DNA of 9,419 nt from Halalkalibacterium halodurans. Its GTDB lineage: Bacteria; Bacillota; Bacilli; Bacillales; Bacillaceae_D. Every line of letters starts with the position of its first letter. The first letter of the stretch is position 1. Both the position numbers and the translations under genes were made by a program. This document shows positions 5,604 through 9,419 of this stretch, in pieces. The notes below the pieces were generated by a model. The model did no database searches. It was not told the origin of the DNA and worked only from the letters and a program-made list of their open reading frames with translations. Location of the stretch: contig NZ_SNUY01000010.1 in NCBI RefSeq assembly GCF_004376175.1, positions 77,495 through 86,913 on the forward strand, written 5' to 3'.

Positions 5604-6317
5604 TTAAAAATTAAACGGAACAAACCTTGCGAAATATGTAGCAAGAATACGGAATTGTCCAGTAAATAACAAAATGCCTAGTATAATCATAATTGCACCG
5701 CTAATTTTCTGTATAGTCGGTAGCAATCGGTTGAACTTTTTGAGCTTATGCAATGACTTTGACCATAACAATGCAACTGCAAAAAAGGGGAGGGCTAATC
5801 CCATTGAGTAAACAAACAACATAAGCATTCCTGTATATAGAGTTTCGGTTTGACTAGATAAGATAAGAATCGAAGAAAGGACAAGTCCAATACAAGGTGT
5901 CCAACCGGCTCCGAATACGATACCAAGAATGACGGAATTACCGAAACTAGCAGTCTTCCTTTTACCGATTGACAAACGTTTTTCTTTATAAAGCAAATTT
6001 AAAGAAATAACACCTATCATCTGTAACCCAAATACGAAAATAATAATACCGCCGATTTGCTCTATGAGAACTCGATTATTAGAAAATAATTGACCAATTA
6101 CAGTTGAAGAGGCTCCTAATATCATAAAGATAAGGGTGAACCCTGAGATAAAACCTATACTATTGTAAATGAGGAGCCGGCGATCAGCTTCAATTTGATT
6201 TTCCTTCACACTTGTTCCCGTTATTTGTGCTAAATAAGCCGGAACAAGGGGAAGCACACAGGGAGATAAAAAAGAAACTAAGCCCGCTGCAAATGCTAAC
6301 CAAATCGTTACCTCCAT
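5604..6317 (-). CDS. ccdA: Cytochrome c biogenesis thiol-disulfide transporter CcdA (DsbD-family membrane protein)
   Basis: The product is a 237-aa polytopic membrane protein. Both hallmark motifs are present: FLSPCVLPLVPAYL near the N-terminus and GWTPCIGLVL mid-protein. A strong ribosome binding site, GGAGGTG, lies 7 nt upstream of the ATG. Confidence 0.9.
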   Translation of the reverse strand: MEVTIWLAFAAGLVSFLSPCVLPLVPAYLAQITGTSVKENQIEADRRLLIYNSIGFISGFTLIFMILGASSTVIGQLFSNNRVLIEQIGGIIIFVFGLQMIGVISLNLLYKEKRLSIGKRKTASFGNSVILGIVFGAGWTPCIGLVLSSILILSSQTETLYTGMLMLFVYSMGLALPFFAVALLWSKSLHKLKKFNRLLPTIQKISGAIMIILGILLFTGQFRILATYFARFVPFNF

Positions 6318-6346
6318 TTTTAAACACCTCCAATGTTATGGAAAAA

Positions 6347-6862
6347 TTAATGGTTCGAATGATCACTTTCGTTATTGTTCTGATCAGTATTTCCCATTTC
6401 TAAATTAACTGTATCTGGTTTAGATGTGATTTCATCAACATCAACGTCTCCTACTACGACCATTTCTTTTTCCATACGATGCATATCACAAGCCGTTACA
6501 TGATAGTAAATGTAGTAAACACCTTCTTCTTCAAATGTCCAGTCAAGTTGGTAAACACCAGGTTCTACTTTCTCCGCTTTTAGTAGGTGATGATATTCCT
6601 GATTTCCATGTTCCCAAATTTCAAATTCAACTTGATTTGCGTTCTCAACAGGTAACCCTTCATGGGTGATAGTAGTACTAAAGGTCACTTTTTCGTTTGA
6701 TTCAGGTTCACTAAGATTGTAACCAGAATCTATTTCAATTGGCACAAGTGTATTAGAACAATCACTAGTTTTTTCTTCAGTCGAGCAGGCAGATAAAATC
6801 ATAAGTAATGCTAATGAAAGAAATATAAAGTATTTTTTCATTTTTATTTCAGCTTCTTTCAT
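6347..6862 (-). CDS. Lipoprotein, YtkA/FixH-like extracytoplasmic domain (possible metal or cytochrome-oxidase assembly factor), co-transcribed with ccdA
   Basis: The signal peptide has a lipobox (MKKYFIFLSLALLMILSAC|S). The more likely start is the internal ATG at 6841, not 6862. The His/Met-rich beta domain (VEFEIWEHGNQEYHHLL...YYHVTACDMHRMEKEM) resembles YtkA-like lipoproteins from memory. Only 29 nt separate it from ccdA. The C-terminal tail is acidic and Asn/His-rich. Confidence 0.7.
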   Translation of the reverse strand: MKEAEIKMKKYFIFLSLALLMILSACSTEEKTSDCSNTLVPIEIDSGYNLSEPESNEKVTFSTTITHEGLPVENANQVEFEIWEHGNQEYHHLLKAEKVEPGVYQLDWTFEEEGVYYIYYHVTACDMHRMEKEMVVVGDVDVDEITSKPDTVNLEMGNTDQNNNESDHSNH

Positions 6863-6939
6863 ATTTATTTTATTTTGTCGAGGGAATCTGTAGGAACGAT
6901 GCTATTTAAATATTTAATAATATCTTCTTCTTGTTTTTG

Positions 6940-6949
6940 TCAATAATAA
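6940..6949. repeat. 10-bp direct repeat TCAATAATAA, possible target duplication (left copy) of the IS21-family element
   Basis: An identical 10-mer occurs at 9405-9414. Both copies abut sequences containing a TGA(G)CCA motif in inverted orientation. The sequence is AT-rich, so a chance match is not excluded, and 10 bp is longer than the 4-8 bp usually quoted for IS21. Confidence 0.4.
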
Positions 6950-7021
6950 ATTGAGCCAGAGCGATTACGTTAAAAGTGAGCCACTTGAAATATGTTAAGT
7001 CCCATTTATGGAGGGATATGG

Positions 7022-7067
7022 AATGTTCAGGGTGTGTTGCCCGGGAGGGCAACACACCCTGAACATT
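7022..7067. other. Perfect 21-bp-stem hairpin with a GGGA tetraloop between the istB stop and the IS21 end
   Basis: AATGTTCAGGGTGTGTTGCCC (7022-7042) pairs perfectly with GGGCAACACACCCTGAACATT (7047-7067). On the + strand it runs into TTTT (7066-7069). On the - strand, the sense strand for istB, no U-tract follows. Confidence 0.8.
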
Positions 7068-7079
7068 TTCGCGCCTCGA

Positions 7080-7841
7080 TTACCCTTCGGCGTTATTTTC
7101 TTTCCGTTTTATACTTTGCCTAAATCTATAAGACTCCCCGTTAAGTAAATGAATATGTGCTTTGTGGGTGAGACGATCTAAGAGGGCTGCTGTCATTTTT
7201 TCGTCTCCAAAAACGGAAGTCCATTCAGTAAAATCAAGATTGGTTGTGATAATAACGCTTGCGCGTTCATAGCGACTTGAGAAGAACTGAAACAATAGTT
7301 CTGATCCTATCTTTGAGAAGGGCACATATCCTAGCTCATCGATTATGATTACATCAAATTTGAGCCACTTTTTTTCAAATGAAAGCAGAGTATGCTCTTC
7401 TTTTGCCAATAATAATTCCTCTACTAATTGAGCAGCTGTTATAAACTTAACTTTAAGGCCGTTTTTGATTAGTTCAATCCCTAAACCTGTAGCTAGATGG
7501 GTTTTCCCGGTACCACTGTTTCCTAGAAATAATATGTTCTCTTTCTTTTGGACAAATTCTCCTTTAGCCAGGGTCAAAAATCGATTTTTGTTTAGGCTAG
7601 GCATTAAGCTAAAATCATACGAATCTAACGTTTTTTGTACGGTAAATGTAGCTTGCTTAAGTCGCCTTTGTTTTTGATTTTCTTCCCTTGTTTGGAGCTC
7701 AAGTTCTAATAGAGCCATCAGGTATTCTTCATAACGTAAGTTTCTTTCTTCAGCCTCTCTTGCGAGAGAACGATACTGTTTAGCGATCGTTGGCATCCTC
7801 AATTGTTTAGTTATGTGGTCTAATAATAATTCAGTGGTCAT
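7080..7841 (-). CDS. istB: IS21-family helper ATPase IstB
   Basis: Walker A is GNSGTGKTHLA and Walker B is VIIIDELGY. The typical IstB C-terminus is present (ITTNLDFTEWTSVFGDEKMTAALLDRLTHKAHI). The start lies 1 nt after the istA stop. Confidence 0.95.
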   Translation of the reverse strand: MTTELLLDHITKQLRMPTIAKQYRSLAREAEERNLRYEEYLMALLELELQTREENQKQRRLKQATFTVQKTLDSYDFSLMPSLNKNRFLTLAKGEFVQKKENILFLGNSGTGKTHLATGLGIELIKNGLKVKFITAAQLVEELLLAKEEHTLLSFEKKWLKFDVIIIDELGYVPFSKIGSELLFQFFSSRYERASVIITTNLDFTEWTSVFGDEKMTAALLDRLTHKAHIHLLNGESYRFRQSIKRKENNAEG

Positions 7842-7842
7842 T

Positions 7843-9366
7843 TTACTGTCCCCCTGTCAATTGCCCATACTGTGATATGCTAGACTTTTGAATTTTGTAA
7901 TCTAACAAACTCAAAGGGGTATTTTCAATAGGGAGTTTATCGATTGTCACGTCATTATTTGTCAATCGCTGAATTAGCTCATGAACGACTTCATAACGAT
8001 AAACCTGTGTTTTTTCTGCTTGTATTAGAGCTTTTGTTAAATTTTCCATTCCTATCTCGCGATGCAGGAGCAGGAGACGTATGAATTTTCGGTCACCATT
8101 CGCACCTTCTTCTTCACGCATTTTATGATGAAACCTCCTAAACACATCTGGGATGTCTGAAGATTGAAATGCATGAGCATCTCGGATCGCTCTTGGCTTT
8201 TTCAATAGGGCTTCTAAATAATGATCAAGAACTGTAATCATCTGATTCCGTTCGTAAGAGCGGGGATGTTGTGCGATTACCTGGTTTTGAGCCACTACGA
8301 TTACTTGATCCACAAAAATTTTTACCCAAACAGCTTGTCCAACATAACGACATGGAACCGAATATTGATTTGTTTCAACAGTGATTAATGAGGTTTTGTT
8401 CACTTGACACGAAACTAATTTACAAGCTTCGAATTTGTTGGCTGGAAGAGGGTGTAGATGTTCTTTTTCTTTATGCCACATTTGTAAGACTGTTTCTTTT
8501 CTATGTGGTACTTTTCTTCTTTCTGATTCTTCCATACACCAATTTAAAAGATAATTATTTAATTCTTCCATTGATTGTACTTCTGGCAATGGAACGAAGG
8601 CATTTCTTCGGACATAACCAACGGTTCCTTCCACTCTACCTTTTTCGTTCCCAGCTCTAACGTTACAAAATTCTGCTTTAAATAAATAGTGAGCTTGCAG
8701 GGCAAGAAAAGCCTCCTGTTCAAGTCGATCTCTTCCTTGTAAATTCTTTTGCACGGCTGTTTTTAAATTATCAAAAAGTCCTTCTGTCGGAACACCTCCA
8801 AAAAATTGAAAAGCATGCACAAATCCATCTAAGAAAGCCTCTTGTTTTTCATGAAGGTATGCTCTGACGAATCTCATTCGAGATGCCGAAAGTTGCATAC
8901 AGAAGAGGAAAATACGTTGTTTTCGACCCTGTAGTATAATATCCGCCTCTCCCCAGTCGAATTGGAATTGGTGGCCGAGTTGAAAGTCAAGAGGGATAAA
9001 GACTTCCTGTAGCTTCTTTTTGCGCTTTGCAACAATTTTTCTCAGATTAGATTCAGAACCTTTAAATTCATATTCAGCTACTAATCTCTCATACATCCGT
9101 GCAGCTGTATGGCGTTGTTTTCCCCAACGCTTTAAATCATCTTCTAACCATTTATCGATAATAGGTAATATTCTCTCGGTTTCTTCAGAATACTTTGCTT
9201 TACCATATACTTTTTTACGATGAATAGTTGTTGGGGGTTCACCTTGCTTTAAATATTTACTTACAGTATTTCTTGATATTCCTAACTTTTTAGCTATTTG
9301 CCTTTGCGACAGTCCTTCTACCTCTTTCATAAATTTGATATTATAAAATTGAGCCATGTTGATCAT
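7843..9366 (-). CDS. istA: IS21-family transposase IstA
   Basis: N-terminal HTH: GLSQRQIAKKLGISRNTVSKYL. DDE candidates are QFDWGEA, LFDNLKTAV and GNEKGRVEG. The probable true start is the second ATG at 9357 (MAQFYN...), because AAGGA directly abuts ATG 9366 but lies 8 nt before ATG 9357. Confidence 0.95.
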   Translation of the reverse strand: MINMAQFYNIKFMKEVEGLSQRQIAKKLGISRNTVSKYLKQGEPPTTIHRKKVYGKAKYSEETERILPIIDKWLEDDLKRWGKQRHTAARMYERLVAEYEFKGSESNLRKIVAKRKKKLQEVFIPLDFQLGHQFQFDWGEADIILQGRKQRIFLFCMQLSASRMRFVRAYLHEKQEAFLDGFVHAFQFFGGVPTEGLFDNLKTAVQKNLQGRDRLEQEAFLALQAHYLFKAEFCNVRAGNEKGRVEGTVGYVRRNAFVPLPEVQSMEELNNYLLNWCMEESERRKVPHRKETVLQMWHKEKEHLHPLPANKFEACKLVSCQVNKTSLITVETNQYSVPCRYVGQAVWVKIFVDQVIVVAQNQVIAQHPRSYERNQMITVLDHYLEALLKKPRAIRDAHAFQSSDIPDVFRRFHHKMREEEGANGDRKFIRLLLLHREIGMENLTKALIQAEKTQVYRYEVVHELIQRLTNNDVTIDKLPIENTPLSLLDYKIQKSSISQYGQLTGGQ

Positions 9367-9404
9367 CCTTTTCTACCTCTCTTATCTTGATTGTTTGGTC
9401 ACTA

Positions 9405-9414
9405 TCAATAATAA
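9405..9414. repeat. 10-bp direct repeat TCAATAATAA, right copy
   Basis: See 6940-6949. Confidence 0.4.
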
Positions 9415-9419
9415 GAGAG

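Larger units (their letters stand above)
6950..9404 (-). mobile_element. IS21-family insertion sequence (istA-istB), about 2.45 kb; boundaries tentative
   Basis: The istA (DDE) and istB (AAA+) pair has a stop-1nt-start junction (TAAAATG). The low-coordinate end is ATTGAGCCAGAGCGATTACG, with a second GTGAGCCA copy at 6975-6982. The reverse complement of the high-coordinate end is TAGTGACCAAACAATCAAGA. These form an imperfect inverted repeat with a repeated TGA(G)CCA motif, and the multi-repeat ends are typical of IS21. The element is flanked by the 10-bp direct repeat. The overall size fits the family. Confidence 0.6.

Noticed and set aside
6212-6403. A 63-aa + strand ORF spanning the ccdA start and the lipoprotein end
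   Set aside because: It overlaps two well-supported - strand genes and their intergenic ribosome binding site, so it is an artefact.
7465-7677. A 70-aa + strand ORF inside istB
   Set aside because: It is antisense to istB, which carries clear Walker motifs.
8388-9223. Track ORFs 8388-8660 and 9020-9223 (+)
   Set aside because: Both are antisense within istA, and their low-complexity Phe/Leu-rich translations are typical of the reverse strand of AT-rich coding sequence.
1-9419. A scan for CRISPR arrays, tRNA/rRNA genes and tandem repeats
   Set aside because: I saw no regularly spaced direct repeats, no cloverleaf-like conserved tRNA motifs (GTTCGAATC-type T-loops) and no rRNA-like segments. 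The repeats present are all explained by the transposon ends and TSDs.

Overview
This looks like low-GC Firmicutes (Bacillaceae-like) chromosomal DNA, with strong GGAGG-type ribosome binding sites and about 35% G+C in the host lines I sampled. It carries a small thiol-redox / cytochrome-maturation neighbourhood that three unrelated DDE mobile elements have invaded. The host genes are a bdbC/dsbB-family disulfide-bond-formation gene on the + strand and, convergent to it, a YtkA/FixH-like lipoprotein gene followed by ccdA on the - strand. The bdbC gene is split into three pieces by two independent insertions. (1) A 1238-bp IS3-family element (675-1912, - strand) has about 40-bp imperfect TGG...CCA inverted repeats, a GTAC direct repeat, orfA, a U UUA AAG -1 frameshift site, and an orfB broken by an in-frame TGA. 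(2) A 3248-bp cargo-less transposon (2085-5332, + strand) has visibly higher G+C (45-50% in sampled lines), TGTT...AACA termini and a (C)CTTGT target duplication. It encodes four tightly coupled genes: a Cys4 zinc-ribbon protein (DUF6431-like), a MuA/TnsB/TniA-like DDE transposase, a TniB/ExeA-like AAA+ ATPase and a small DUF5348-like protein. Removing both elements plus one duplication copy each restores an uninterrupted 141-codon bdbC ORF. The third element is an IS21-family IS (istA-istB, - strand, about 6950-9404). It sits upstream of the lipoprotein-ccdA operon and is apparently flanked by a 10-bp direct repeat. The four-gene transposon, with its two uncharacterised accessory proteins, is the most interesting item. 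I saw no rRNA, tRNA or CRISPR array. All family names come from reading motifs by eye and from memory, not from database searches.
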